Shown here piece by piece: positions 11,002 to 24,496 of a stretch of DNA of 64,000 nucleotides. Numbering within the stretch: position 1 is the first letter of the stretch; each line of letters opens with the position of its first letter. Origin of the DNA: Marsupella aquatica. Lineage: Eukaryota > Plantae > Marchantiophyta. The stretch lies in contig OZ316898.1 in NCBI GenBank assembly GCA_973895155.1, positions 16,165,420 to 16,229,419 on the forward strand. Reading direction: 5' to 3'. The translations under genes were made by a program, and so were the position numbers. Under the pieces are notes generated by a model, which did no database searches, was not told the origin of the DNA, and was given only the letters and a program-made list of their open reading frames with translations.

Positions 11002-11374
11002 TGCTTTTACCAAAGTGATTCCTTTGGAGAGTTACTCAAGACACCGTGCTATTTTGCAAGTTTTGCATTTACAGCACAAGTAGAGTAACTTAGCAATATA
11101 TAATTTTTGTATATGGGTTACTCAATCTTGTTATGGCTACTGCTTAATTCTAGTTAACCCTTAGTTAACCTTAAATGGTTTTTAGGGGGACACCTATGGT
11201 TTTAGGTGATTGTCTAGAATTTCTTGTTGAGTATCTCATATGGATAGACAAAAATTGTGTTTGTGTGGACGTAGCCTTGGAAAAGAGGTGAACCACGTAG
11301 AGATTGTGTTGGCTACGTGTGCATGGTATGAGTAATGATTGGGTCATCATGAAAGAAGACGTCATAGTTCAACA
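11002..11374 (+). mobile_element. Copia 3' remnant (RNase H end, 3'UTR, LTR 3' end) with internal deletion
   Basis: Reverse-complement match to 36225-36471 and 35852-35965; ends atagttcaaCA. Confidence 0.85.
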
Positions 11375-12993
11375 GCCGGGTGGGACTTGGTGGCGGCACG
11401 ACAGGCACATAAGATTGGGGTGCAATCAACAAGGCAAGGGCGGGCATGACGCGGAGTGGGGTGTTTGAGTGAGGGAGCGGTCACGACACGGGGCATTGCA
11501 GGGCAAGGGGGTCTTTTTTTCTTGTTATTCTTTCCTTTTTTTGTTTTAATATTTTTCCACCCAAAATAGCCGGCCAAATTTGAATGACAACCATTGCATA
11601 CAAAGAGGGAATGTTGTATTATAGTTTTTATTTTCATGTTGACATCTACAAGTCATCATATAGTACAACTTGCTTGTTCTAAGACACACCTATTTTAACT
11701 TATTCACTATAAAGTATATTTTATGCAACACAAGCTATCATATTCTATTCAAGACTATTGAAACAATAATTATAAAAAAGTACATATCATTAAAGTGAAG
11801 AGATGTATGGTACTATGTGGGTGAAACAAGTACATTAAGTTGAATGTACAAGTCAGTGTACCTTGTAGGTCCAGTATTTTGTGGTGAAAGCGAAGTAAAC
11901 TAATTTTGTACCTTTCTAAAATTTGAGGGACTCTCTATTTAGTTAGGGGCTCTGTTTAGTTGACATCTATTAACCTATAAACCATAAGCATTTGAATGTT
12001 TTTAAACAATAGACATATAAGTTACAGGGCATCGTTGGATAGTGTTCTAGAGTAGTTGTCTGATTGAGTTTGGAGAGTTTACCTTATCAATGAATTCTCA
12101 TGAAAAGGAGGAGTGCCTATAGCATAAATAAATAGTTAAACCAAAGAATATGATAAGGTACCATAATAAAAAGATTAATAGAAATTTAAGCAACATACTT
12201 AAAACTAAGTGCTTGAAAAAATTAAAGGGGTTGGAAGAAATCACTAAATTCAGAAAAATACAAACAAAAAGCATAGAATAGACCAAATTGATACAAAATA
12301 TGTAACAAACAATTCTAATAAGACAAGGTAACCAAAGTGTGTCCCGCCATATAGCAGCATCTACAAGTCATCATATAGAGCATAGTATGTCATTATGTTA
12401 ATTTTCCACCATTGGAATAAAATGTAGGGTTTTCTCTAGCTTGAACATTGCCATCAAGTTTTGCCCCTTGATGGAAAAAATTCTCAAGTTGGGTTATTAG
12501 AATGCATGGGGAATCTACTTTGAAAAAATAAAATTAGTCGGGCTAGTTGGACATACATTGCATGACAGTACACACTAAATACACACCTCAGAGAATAGGG
12601 TCCCGACTTAGAGCATCTCCAGCGGAGCCCCCAAACAGCCCCGTAAACACCAAACCATTGAGTAGAGGTTGGGTTTTATAGAAACCAGTCTCCAGCGGTT
12701 GTGCCATCCGTATTTTTTTAGCGGATGCCGCTGCTTTTGCCAACTCCACGCTGCTACTTTTGTGCAGGAAGGAGGTCGCTGTTTGAAGCCCCTCCGCCAG
12801 CCCCCAAAGTGATCAACGTCGGTAATCAGCCCACGCGGCACTCGCAATGTGTAGGCTTCACCGCTCGCGCCAGAATATGAACTCTTTCCGGCTTGGACTG
12901 TCAATAAACAGTTCTCGTGGGCCAGGACAGATTGTGCAAAACTAACATTGCACACGAGGACTCCATTGAGATTGTGTGTACCTTGCTCTGAAG

Positions 12994-13795
12994 ATGGCAG
13001 CAAGTTGTGGGAAAAATTATGGTCCCGAAGAGCTCAAACAACTATGCTACAGTGTACTCCATGTCTCCCAATCCTTGTGTAGGTGTAGGGCAAAGGGCTG
13101 AGCAATTTTGGGACCAGGTCACTGAGCATTACGAGAAGCACAAACCAAAGGGAGCTGAGTCAAGAGGCCAAAAATCACTGGAAGGGAAATGGTCTGACAT
13201 TAAACATGATGTCTCAAAGTTCATAGGGTGCTTTCAACAGGTAGAGGACCTTCAAATTTTGGGGACAAATGTTGATGACACAGTGGTGAAGGCAAAAGAA
13301 TTATTCAAGCAAAACCATCCGAAAGGGAAATCTTTCAGTTTTGATTCTTGCTTTTGGATTTTGAAAGATTGTCCATGGTGGGGGAATCCATCAGACGATA
13401 TGGCCAACGGGAAGGGAAAAAAATCAGCAACGCCTAGGAGTGAGGCAACAGACAATGAATACTCTAGCCCAAATCCAATTCTCATAGACAATGGTGACAA
13501 TGAGAGTGTTGACAGAGACCAGGATGAAGCTCGCAACGATCAACAAAGTGATATGAGGAAGAGGCCTCAAGGAAACAAGAGGGCGAAGGAAGATCACAAG
13601 CGGATGAAGGTTGAGCAAGAGGCGATGAAGATTAGTGCCAATGCTCAAAAGGAGATGGCAACTGCAAACAGAGCTCGAGTGATAACTTTGCAAAATAATT
13701 TTCTCATGAAGCTGCTCACATTGTCTACTGACAACATGGAACCGGAGCTTCAAGATTTTGTGAAACAATGGAAGTTGGAAGAGGCAATGAAGTAG
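12994..13795 (+). pseudogene. Harbinger Myb/SANT-like (NAM-associated) DNA-binding protein, frameshifted near 13070
   Basis: MAASCGKNYGPEELKQLC..HVSQ / NPCVGVGQRAEQFW..KSLEGKWSDIKHDVSKF..FSFDSCFWILKD..RPQGNKRAK. Confidence 0.85.
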
Positions 13796-14049
13796 AAAGC
13801 ACAGATGCAAAGTAGTGGAACTGCTCCCTTTGTTGTTTAGAACCCACTTCCCGTATTTCCCAAGAGCACGGTTGGCCCGACTGAAAGCCCACATGCAGTT
13901 GAGGACAGTGCAGATTGTGAGTGCAAAATTCAGCCTGATCAAGCTGGATTTTCATTCCAAAGTTTATTGGCTAGCCAATTGTAGTCATGGATTTCTCAGC
14001 AACCGTGAATGGCTTCAATTGTATTCATGTGTTTCTTATCAATAAAATT

Positions 14050-14169
14050 GCTTCCTTGCACTCAGTTAACATTATAGACATTGCATATTGAACTGTTGCA
14101 AATAGAGGCGCTTCCTTGCACTCAGTTCACATTATAGACATTGCATACTGAATTGTTGCGAACAGAGGC
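14050..14169. repeat. 60-bp tandem duplication
   Basis: gcttccttgcactcagtt.acattatagacattgcata.tgaa.tgttgc.aa.agaggc x2. Confidence 0.9.
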
Positions 14170-14334
14170 CGTTTCATTACATTTAAACAGTGTTGTTACA
14201 AAATTGAATGCAAACAAGGCCTTTCATATTCCTCATGGGCATTTTTAATTTCAACCTTAGCCTACTTGTGTTGAACTGTGCCATAACAAAACAGAAGTCT
14301 GTGGCCAAAAAACTAACGTAAAACCCCACGTAAA

Positions 14335-14752
14335 CTAACTAGCTCCACCATGAGACCTAAGATTGAGCCCTTGGTGGTCTGTGCTTTGGGCTAGGGGGAG
14401 CTGAGTAAACACCACATAGCAATCGTCACACCCGGTTGCATTGTTGGTGCTCTTTGCATCTGTCACAACATGCATCCTCATCTTCAGGGTCTTCCATGCT
14501 TGCGATTAGGCGCGCCTCTTCAAAATTTTCAGGTAGAAAATCCACAACTTTTGTCTCCAATGGTGATTTCCTGGTAATCTTTCCCTTCCCTGGTACCTTG
14601 ATTGGCAGAGCCCTGGGTTTTGATTGGGCCTCCGGGAATGATTGTGCCTTCTCCATGTTGGCGTGAGTGGATGGGCTTGGCAAAATACAATTACTTGCAG
14701 TTGAGTCTGCAGCAAGCAGCGATTCACTTGTTCCACCAATTGATCTCCTCAT
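14335..14752 (-). other. Candidate third (frameshifted) ORF inside the Harbinger, with two CxxC pairs
   Basis: 108-aa ORF ending CCDRCKEH; adjacent frame continues ATGCDDCYVV; splice acceptor 6 nt before the ATG. Confidence 0.35.
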
Positions 14753-15109
14753 TTTAGCCTACAAAATTTTATTTAGGGCTTGTCAATTGCTTCAACTGAG
14801 GCAGCAAAATGAGAAGTAAAACTCAAGCTCCAATGTGAGTAAACCCTAAACTCTAACTCGATGTTGTTTATACCTGGTGTGTTCATTTCCTCTCGTGGAC
14901 TACATTTCCTTTCGTGGACTTTTGTTCCCCTAGTACCAAACAAACTGCCTCGACAATATCCCCCAAGTGTGTTGTACCTATTCAATGAGTCAATCCAAGT
15001 GTGACTCGTACCCTGGCATTGTACCCTGGCCTCAAGATGTTCAATTTGTACTTTCACCTTTGACTCCAAAAGAAATGCAGATTTTAGAAAGAAAGACTCA
15101 CCTGACTTT

Positions 15110-16382
15110 CAATGGTCAGAAAGGTCAGACCCTCTTCGATTCTAAAGGTGGTCAACAATGTCATTTCTTAGACAAAAATGGTTGGCCTTGTTGTTAATTC
15201 AGCTGTTGCAGCAAGGAACTCCAACCACGGCAAATTTCCCGTGTTAACTCTTGCATCACCAACTCTTAAATATGGATGGAAATTGTCATCCCTTTCATCC
15301 TCAATAATCATATTGTGAATGATGACACATGCAAGCAAAATGTTAACAATGTTTTTTTCATACCAAGACCGTGCAGGCCTCTTCACTATCTCAAATCTAG
15401 CTTGGAGTACCCCAAAAGCCCTCTCCACATCCTTCCTTGCTACTTCTTGGCACCTTGCAAAATGCCTCAACTTCTCAGATTGTGGCATGTGCATAGTGGA
15501 TATGAACATAGACCACTTAGGATAAATTCCATCAACCAAAAGATTAGCTTGTTTGTACTCTGTACCATTCACATGGAAACTAACATTGGCTGAATCATTA
15601 TGCAACCATTCATTTAGAAGTGGTGAACGGTCAAGGACATTGAGATCATTGTTTCCCCTAGCCAGTCCAAAAAAGGCATGCCAAATCCACAATTCTTGAT
15701 CAACAATGGCCTCCAGGATGATGGACTTATTCTTGTCCTTGTCAGTGTATTGGCCTTGCCAAGCAACAGGGCAATTCTTCCATGCCCAGTGCATCTATTT
15801 GCATTAATTTGAAGATGATTATGGAAATCTTCAGCAATTGGCTTCCTCAAATAGTGACTCTCATACAATTCTCTGATGGCTTTCACAAAGCGATACAGAG
15901 ACTCCAATGATGTGCTTTCACCAATTCTACAATACTCGTCCAAAGCATCCACCCCAATTCCATAAGCTAATTGCCTCAATGCTGCAGTCAATTTTTGATG
16001 TGGAGACAAGCCTACTTTCCCTGCAGCATCAACCTTCAGGCAAAAGTAAGTGTCATGTGCACACACATCAACAAATTTTTTTCTATACAAACTGCTACTC
16101 ATTCTGAATCTCCTCCAAAATTTCAACTCGTGTTGGACTAGCAGAAAAATAATCATTCCAGAGATCTTCTGCCCTCTTTTCTCTACGCCTCTCCACATTC
16201 TCACTCCTACCTGGCCTAGACCCTCTGTGCTTTCTTTTCTTGGGGTGCTTGGCAAAATTTGCAGCAGCAAGGGGTCCACTGAACATCATCAACTCCCAAA
16301 ATCTTTGTTCCTCATCCCATTCAGTCTCCTCCTCTTTGAATTCTTCATCGAGATCCGCCAACCATCTTTCCAGTTGCTCCAT
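15110..16382 (-). pseudogene. PIF/Harbinger DDE transposase (plant transposon protein / DDE_Tnp_4), frameshifted
   Basis: RRFRM, GLSPHQKLTAALRQLAYG, MHWAWKNCP, ILEA, GNNDLNVL, DGIYP, RKDVERAFGVLQARF, ACVIIHNMIIEDE; the GSIDC segment with the first catalytic Asp is deleted. Confidence 0.92.
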
Positions 16383-18236
16383 TGAACAGATATAGTACAA
16401 TCGTGGCCAAACTGGATTTTATTCCGATGGAAACTGTAGAAGCTGATCGAAGGTTGCTTCAATGAGATCGCATTGAAATTAAGGCACACATGCAGCACAA
16501 AACACAAAAATTGATGCGCCTGCTGCGACATGTGTATGCTGGCATATCTGGTTCTTCAGGCGGACTTTGACTCCCGCCTCTACTTCTCTCTCGCACAACG
16601 GGCTTCTCTATTGCACTTTGAACTTTGTAATCCACATGGGGCCCACTTCATATGTGTGGTCAGCGTATGGAGGTCAGAATGGGGTGTCACCATTGGGGAT
16701 CGTGCAAAGGTCTTGGCACTGGCTATTTTGGCAACCGCCGTACTCTCCGCTATACGATGGGGATAGGGGCAAGCAAACTCCAAACCGCTCGATGTCTTGC
16801 CACATTCTGGCCAATGACCAGCCTATGGGTTAATACGGTAAGTCTGTGCTTACCAGGTAGAAGATCTCTGACCTTCGCCTCTTGCTCTCAGATTCTCATC
16901 CGTGACAGCTGGGTTCTCTATCCATGTTCACAAGACAAAATCTCGATGGATCGACCGGGTAACAACGGTCGGGGTCACCTGGACATCGGACGGTGCTCCG
17001 CTCCCAAGAGGCAGGATACGGGACTCGGGCCCCTTCTCTTCAAAGACGATGATGCATCATCGTGCGGACAATGACGTCGGACTTCCAACTCGCGCTCTGC
17101 TTGTCTCTGCTCCGCCTGCTCTCTCGCTCTGCGTCGTGCTTGTGTTAATGTGTCTCTTCGATAATGGACAGGTTTGAGTAGCATTGTAGGTCGTCGTACC
17201 GCGCTCGTAGTCCCGTCCGATCCGTGTCCTGCCCTGCAATTGCGTATTACTAAGCCGCCTGCTTGCCTATGTTGTGCCTTCTGCTTCCGATCGAGCGGCC
17301 TCTCGCAGCGATTGAGCGCAATTCACCCATCACCTCGTTTCTCGGTGGTAGTTGAAGTTCTGCCTTCAATCAGGGAAAGCAAAGCACGGGGAGGGTGTGC
17401 CAACCCTGGATTGGAAGCGTTTTGTGTGTGTGATGGATTTGACTTGACATGATTCGGATAGATGGGATTCGTTAGTGTACAATCGATGGTGGACGGACTG
17501 GAAGATGAGGAGGAGGAGCAGCTAAAGGAAAGAGTTCGCAACAAGAGCATGCGTGTATGTATGTTCGGCGTGTCTCTTTATGTGTACCTTGAAAGCTTGC
17601 CTCCTGCAAGAGCGTGTGGGAGGGAGCTAATTGTATGTTGGAACGACAGTTTTCCCTATCTCAATAATGTCCATTATGTTCCAGGTTCTGTCTGTATACT
17701 GTCCCGGTTTCGAGTAGACGATGTTGCAGACATCTATTTTGACCGCTTGCCTGTCTGTAAGTAGTTTCTCACCGGTGCTTCCACGGTTGGAGGTGGTGTC
17801 TTGGAGGAGTCTCGTTGCGCACGTGCCTGATGCTTTTGTTGTCTTGCCGAACTGTTCTTTTGCCAGCACGATGACGTTTAAGAGCTTATTGACAACGATA
17901 TGGTAACGGTATGGTAATGACAACGATACCAATGGAAGTTATGATAGCTTTCAACAGCTCGCGGGGAAGCGCTCAGATTCTCGGGGATTTCTGCAGCCGG
18001 AAAAGCTTTCTTACATGCTATCAGAGGTACTCATCAGCAGGTGGTGGGCGTCTTCTTTGAGGCAGGCGTATTGACAAAAACCGGCAAGTGGAAAGAGGAT
18101 TTGACGGTGGTTGGAGGAGCTGTAGCGACTCTAAGAATGCTAATTAATATACACCTGAAGGAGCAGTAGTGATCTCTCTCGTCCGGCAGACTTCGCAGGC
18201 ACAGGCATAGCATCGGTAGGCAGAGGTTGGGACAGA

Positions 18237-21200
18237 ATGAAGTCCATCAAAAAATTGATGTCGTTCAACAACTACAAGGCTAAGGAGAAAGGGGATACTT
18301 TCTATCGTGAACCGCTGGATTCGAAGCATGTCCTCCAAGAGGATTCCAAAGAGATGCAGGTAAGAATTTGTCTTCCCCAACGTAGCCCGAATCTACCCCG
18401 TTCCCGACAATAGTTCCATTATGTTGGCCGACGGACTTTATATTTGCATTATAGTTTTAGTGAGATTAAAACGCTTGAAGTTTAGAGAATATATTCTTTC
18501 CCTCCTTATCTCCCTCTCTCTCCTGTCTGCAGTGGTCAAGAGATAGTTGGACCTTGACCCGCCCTGTAGAGTGTAGTCTCGGAACGAGTTGATTTGGCCC
18601 TTGGCGATTGTTCTCCCTAGGCAGGACTTCCGAGCTCGTTTTCAAAGAACAGTTGTTTTCCATTTTCGCCGACATGGCTGAGCTGTTACGTGCAAGCCCC
18701 GAGCTCTCACAAGAATAGCAGTGCGAGGGTTTAGAGGTGCGTCCGCTTCATGAAGACAACGTATGGCAGAGATCGATGCAATGTAGCAGAAGATAATGGC
18801 CACATCGCATTAGCAACTTCCGATCTCTCTCCGCGGGGAACCGGGGCGAGCCCTTTCTTTAGGGATGTAACCGAAGTTTGAGGATGACTGCATATGGACG
18901 AACTGTACTGTGATTCATGCAGAATGGATCTTTTTAGGAAACGGCTTGTAGGATTAGTTTCTCTCAGACAGCCCCTCTAGCTTGAAAAGCCATGCCGGTG
19001 CCAGGACGGACATTTGTTCGTTACGACACCTTATGTTTAAGGCAATTTCTACAACTAGTTCGCACGTCTGTTGGATGAATCCGCGGAAGCCTGCTGGACT
19101 GCTGGAGCTCTGTGGCTTGGCAGAATTGAGATGCAGCATGTGTCTATGCATTTTTCTGCAATGCATCGAATGGCTTTATGTCTGCAGAGAGGCGGCCTAC
19201 GGAATGGGACAGCTTGTAGACCTCTTAAATGAGTAACTATCAATGCAGTGACCTTCGCGGGTTAGCTTGTATTTCCATTCCCAGCAGGGCCTCTGTCAGA
19301 ATAGCTCTCTTCCACTCCGTTTGTTTCCTTACCATGATTGTCCTACTCCTTGTTAGCATTGATGATTAGATTTTTTTCCGGCAGTAAGGAATAGGAGCGC
19401 TCTGACTTAATCTTCGTGGTCTTCACTATATGAACGGTAGTAGTAGGTTTGGAGTTTCGTCTGCTGTTTTGTTGGCACCTGCTCTGTCGCTTTAAGCACT
19501 GCAAGCGCAATTCCCTTACATGACTCCACTTTCCGAAATTGAGTCTTTCCATGACGTTGAAGTGATTGGAAGCAACGTGTAATGAATGTGCACACGTTTC
19601 TATGGTCGAGAAGTAATGCAATGTTTTGCTTCGAATCATCACTGGAACTAGGGTTTTTACATAAGACCTAGGAATGCAGGGTTTGAAGGAGATGCGGAAT
19701 CAGTACGAGGGGCTTTGTGCTGTGTCGTCACTCGTGTCAACGCGTGCTACTGGTAAGGCTGTTTGAATGCTTCACCTTCCTACATACAGGAGCTGTTAGT
19801 ATTGATCGTGGAATGAGTTCTGGTGATTATTTCTCTGATTTCGGAGGTGTTTATCTCCCATATCCATACTACAGCATAAATTTACAAGTTGCGTTTGTAC
19901 TTCGCAGATTTTTCATCCGCCATACACGAACTAGCAAATTATTTTATCAACACATTTGGTTCTATAGAAGACGGGGAGATGAGTAAGTGTCGCGGCTCTG
20001 CTGAATGATTCGGACTACTGTGTTTCGCACTCTTTGAAGTCGTCAGGTCCGGTCAGATCTGCAGTAGAATCATGGGTTATGGCAGTAGAATGCAGTCTTT
20101 TTCGATAATGGTTCCTGGCTGACCTTCTCTGCCACTCTGCTCTTTCTTTCATTAACTTAGCTACTACTTCGATGGGCAGGTAAAATCTTCAAGATTGTGG
20201 GCAGAGTGCAATTTGAAATTTCCAAGATACTTGATATCTACGTGAGTGTCTTTTTCTTAATTTAATTCTCTCCGACCTGTACTTGCTGTCCAGTTGCTAC
20301 TGTGTTCTGCGTCCCCATTCCCCTTTCCGTGCTGGCTAGTGTCAGAAAGGTTCTACTTTAATAATGTCTATCCGCAAAATTGTGATTGCTCTCTATTGAC
20401 CACACTTCGTGGATCATGTCGTTTGGTCATCTCATCATCGAAATACTTCTATCTGAAAAGATGACGGATGTTTCCTTCAAGGATTCGTTTTGGATAAGTA
20501 TGACCGTTTAGGGGTTTCCTCACCGATTTCTCGCACTGAACGTCAAATGAATGTTCAAGGGAGGTGCCTGATAAATTGGTTGATGATCTGGCGTAGGCTG
20601 TTCATGTTGCTCAAACAATAACCGAGCCAACCGAAATTCTTCTTAGCGAACTGAAAAATGTGCAGGTCAGTCCGAATTCCCATTTTCATTTAGCTGGGAT
20701 GTTGTCCAAACGCTGTTATATTTGAATGCGGTATCCCCCTGTCCAAGATGAGTTTTTCGACTACGCATAGAAGCACCCAAGTTCCTGGTGAAAACAAAAA
20801 CATCGTTGTCTTTGGATGTGCTTGGAGTTATTTGGGGGCGAGTTCCTTATTCAGGCGTTGCGTAATTGTCTGTGTGGACTTGAATTGTAATGGCAGGATT
20901 CCAAAACGCAGCACGACGAAAAGAGGTAATTCCATGAGATTTTCATTCTATGGGCTCGGTCATTTGGAATCTTGATTTCTCTGTATTGCTTTTGTATCTC
21001 AATTAACTTATTTCAGACTGTCATTCGGCCGAGGAAAGGGTATTGAGATAGTGCCGTAACTGCTGCAGGCAACTGTATGAACAGCTCAGGGCTCGGACTT
21101 TGAAAGGACGATCCAAGATTGGGAAGGGGGAAGCATTTGCAGATCAGCAGATGCAGATTGTTAAAGATGAGTTTGACAAGCTCTCCTTGTTTGTAAATGC

Positions 21201-24200
21201 ACGCTTCAATTCCTTGGAGCAGGGGCAGGCTCGTAGCCTGATCACCCAGGCAGCTCGCCATCACACAGCTCAGGTATGATCCCCTCACTCCTAACTCGTA
21301 GCCCCTTCGACATTTTGAATGTTCCTCGTATTTTTGCGTTCTCTAATCTTTAGAGTTGATCAATGAGAAAAACGAAGGGTGTGCGGAGGCTACATTTTTG
21401 TCGGTATTTGTGGTTCTAATTGAACTTTATGGCTTGGACAGATGCATCTATTTAGCAGGGGACATTCATCCCTGCAGGCTGTTGAGCCTTATATGAGGCA
21501 AGTAGCTCGGGAGCGAAGTATAGACCGTCAGCTTAGCATAGGTATGAATGAGCAGGACGATGAAAGCGACTCTAAATCTGAAGATGATGTCTCATACATT
21601 GACGAGCTTGATGACTCCTCTGACCCTCAAAGCCTGGAACCGGTATGTTATTTTGATGTACTGAGTGGAACATATCAAGGTTATATGATTATGTTGAAAA
21701 AGTTGTTGCTCAATTGTTGCCAACAGTGCTTCAACAATCCAGATGTATGATAAATTGTTAGGGTATACGCAACGAACTTTTACTTTCATGAAAAAGAAAG
21801 TCTCGATCACCCGAATGTTACCTGATATCCCGTGTGGGCCAAAGGGCCAGGTGATTGAATTCTCAAGAACGACTGGAGATTCAGAGTTAATAGCTTTTGT
21901 ATCTTATCTAAATGAAGGTGACATGCACTGGGCTGACGTATTTGCTGGCAAAAGCTATGTGATCTGAATCGTGCGCCATTATCGCTGCATTTTATTTGGA
22001 CAGTCGAACAGATGGGGTTCCCGGATTGATTCTCCAGGGAGGTCACCTGATAATCGGGATGAGGTAAGAAGTTCTTTTTAGTTTCTGATGATAATTAATC
22101 TGAAACGTTTGGTCTCTAGGGATGACTGTCACTTGAACAAAAGATTTTGTCAGATGAGATAGAATTCTGATCTTTTGATGAAAATGACCATAATAATAGT
22201 CAAGTGGGAACACGTCTCACCGAATTAATATTTTGCAGGAAGCAGAGGTACCAAAGAACCTTTCGAAGGAGTGGACTTCTTTGCTCTCAAGACTTAATCG
22301 AACTAGTGGAGAAATTCCGCATCTAAGATCTGGAGATTCGACTAGTTCTGCTGTTCCCCAGCCGTCAAAGAAAGAGCTGGGTAATGCAACTGACACAGCT
22401 CATAGCTATCGTACTCGAATGGTTCCTGATTCCCACCAGGAGCAGAGTACCATCCATGTTACTGAGTTGATAGAAGAGCTTAAGTCTTGCCAAGGCCGAA
22501 CTTCCCCGCTTTCTCCCCCCTTAAGACCACCTCCAGAAGTATCCATGACCACCGCAAGAGGACATGACGGGGTTGGTTCTTCTGAATTAAGTTCACAAAG
22601 TGTATCCACGTCTGGAAGGACATCGATAGATCAGCGTTCCTCTTTAGACGCAGAGGGGCCAAGGGATGGTACGCACGTTGATTCTTCTGGAGTGCCTGCA
22701 AAGTTTAGTCATAACTCCACATCTTCCCCTGAAGCCTCCCAGCTTAAGTTTTCAGTTCCTGGCCAAAAACTTCCGGGACCAGTGCCAGGGAAGCCCCCAT
22801 CGTTAAGCTTTGTTTCTCCGACTTTATCTTCCACGCCGGTGGGATTCACAAGTAATGCACAAGAATATACCCGGCAAGGGCGACGATACAGCCAATCAGG
22901 ACCTCTGACATTCAGCGGTTCGCCATGGTCTTCCCAGCCTTCTTCGGGGAATGTGGCTCCATCAACAATTCAGTCGAGCAGTCTGTCTGATTGTCATAAG
23001 TCGGGCCCTTTGGGTAGGTCCCCTCTAGGGCGAACGTTTGGGCCCCCCCGTATTTCCCCAAGTATGTCCCCGCCAACAATGTCTCCTCCCCGAATCAGCG
23101 AACTTCACAAACTTCCTCCACCACCCCTCAATCCAATTAGCACTAAAGCCCCTCGCTCACCACCAATTGTTGCCCATTCTGCGCCCATCATAGCTCATTC
23201 TGCACCTTTGTCAAGATATCCTGATGCTATTGGAAACAGTTTTGTAAATGCTACTCCTTTACCCCCTCCCCCTCTGGGATCTGTACCCCGGAGTCTCTCC
23301 TTGCCTTCCAGACAAAAGACACAACGCTCCAGGGCTCCCACAATTTCACAGCTACCAGAAGTGAATGAAGAGGACAGTCAACCTTCATCTCCTGCGACAA
23401 ATAGTTCCTCATCATCAACTCGGGGAACTGGAAGCAGTCTCACCTCTCAGGTATTCATCTCTGAGATCCTTTTTCTGGATATATTCAGGTCTTGCTAATC
23501 GTTGACTTGGAATGCTTAGTTGGTCACGTCCAAATTTTCTGGCTTTTGGGGGCTTCTTTCAGGTACAACATGTCAGCAAGAGGGTGTCATCTGGGAATAT
23601 GCTTGGCCAAGAAAATGGGTTCCCGCCTTCAGATATCAAATTTGTACATTTCAACGCAGCAAGGTCTGCTAGTGGGACTCCGACGTGGAGTTCTCAGCAA
23701 ATGAGACAGCCACTATGTGAGTTGGGAAGCAGCTATATACCATTCTGTTTGCATGTTCTACCTACAAAATCCATGAAATAGTCACTAAGGATTTGCTTCT
23801 GCAGGGTCCTTTTTAGTCGTATAGCCTGATGATCGTTTCATTCTGTAAATCAGTTGGCTCTTCGTAACTTGCTGTAGTGCAGTGCAGTGCCTGGTGCTAG
23901 GAGCACTGGATGAGAAATTAGGTGAAATTATAGTTTGACAGATTGGAGTAGCAATCATAGCTGGGAACGAGAGTGTCGTAGTTCTGGATTGATCGGTTGC
24001 TGCCTCTACTATTGGAGCATCAGCCCATGAGAAGTTAAAAAACCAGTTATGGTACGTTGGGTTTTCTGCGACATGTTGTAAGTGGAGCAGTTTTTAGCCA
24101 AGTGCTAGAGATTGTCTGCTTAATGACATGGATGATGCAATCCCGAATGGAAGTTTTGGGAGTTGTGTCCGTCTTTCGTTAGATGTCCATAGTGGGAATG

Positions 24201-24496
24201 CGAATCGGAGAGTTGCTGGACGTTCTTGGTGCAAGACTTATTTCTCTCTTGTCAATTTTGCAGCACCTCCTGGTGGTGGAAATGATAAAGCACAACAGAT
24301 GGATGGACGTCGAGGCGACAGTGGGTCACCTAGGTCAGTCTATGCATCTCCGTTGAAGTCTGGTGGGTCACTAAATCCCTCAAGGTGGCGATCTCTATCC
24401 ATAAATGATAAGGACAACTATGTTCAAAGCATAGCTAGAGCTGTCGCAATTCAGAGGGAATTTCACCCAGAAATGGTCGCTCTGAACCCCACGTAG
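18237..24496 (+). CDS. BAR-domain + Pro/Ser-rich protein, At2g33490-like family, 12 exons, 831 aa
   Basis: GT-AG exons with consistent phase: 18237-18359, 19680-19752, 19908-19982, 20180-20241, 20597-20665, 20897-20925, 21069-21273, 21442-21642, 22004-22063, 22239-23450, 23563-23716, 24264-24496 (2496 nt). Motifs EMRNQYEGL, GRVQFEI, QTITEPTE.LL.EL, DEKR, QGQARSLITQAARHHTAQ, SPPRISELH, HSAPL, PRSLSLPS. Confidence 0.88.

Larger units (their letters stand above)
12611..16705. mobile_element. PIF/Harbinger DNA transposon, decayed
   Basis: TTA + GAGCATCTCCA left TIR; convergent Myb/SANT and DDE genes; right TIR only degenerate (cattggggat ~16691), so the right end is approximate. Confidence 0.85.

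Noticed and set aside
11643-12378. 21-bp direct repeat catctacaagtcatcatatag about 715 bp apart
   Set aside because: No element hallmarks between the copies; cannot be called a TSD
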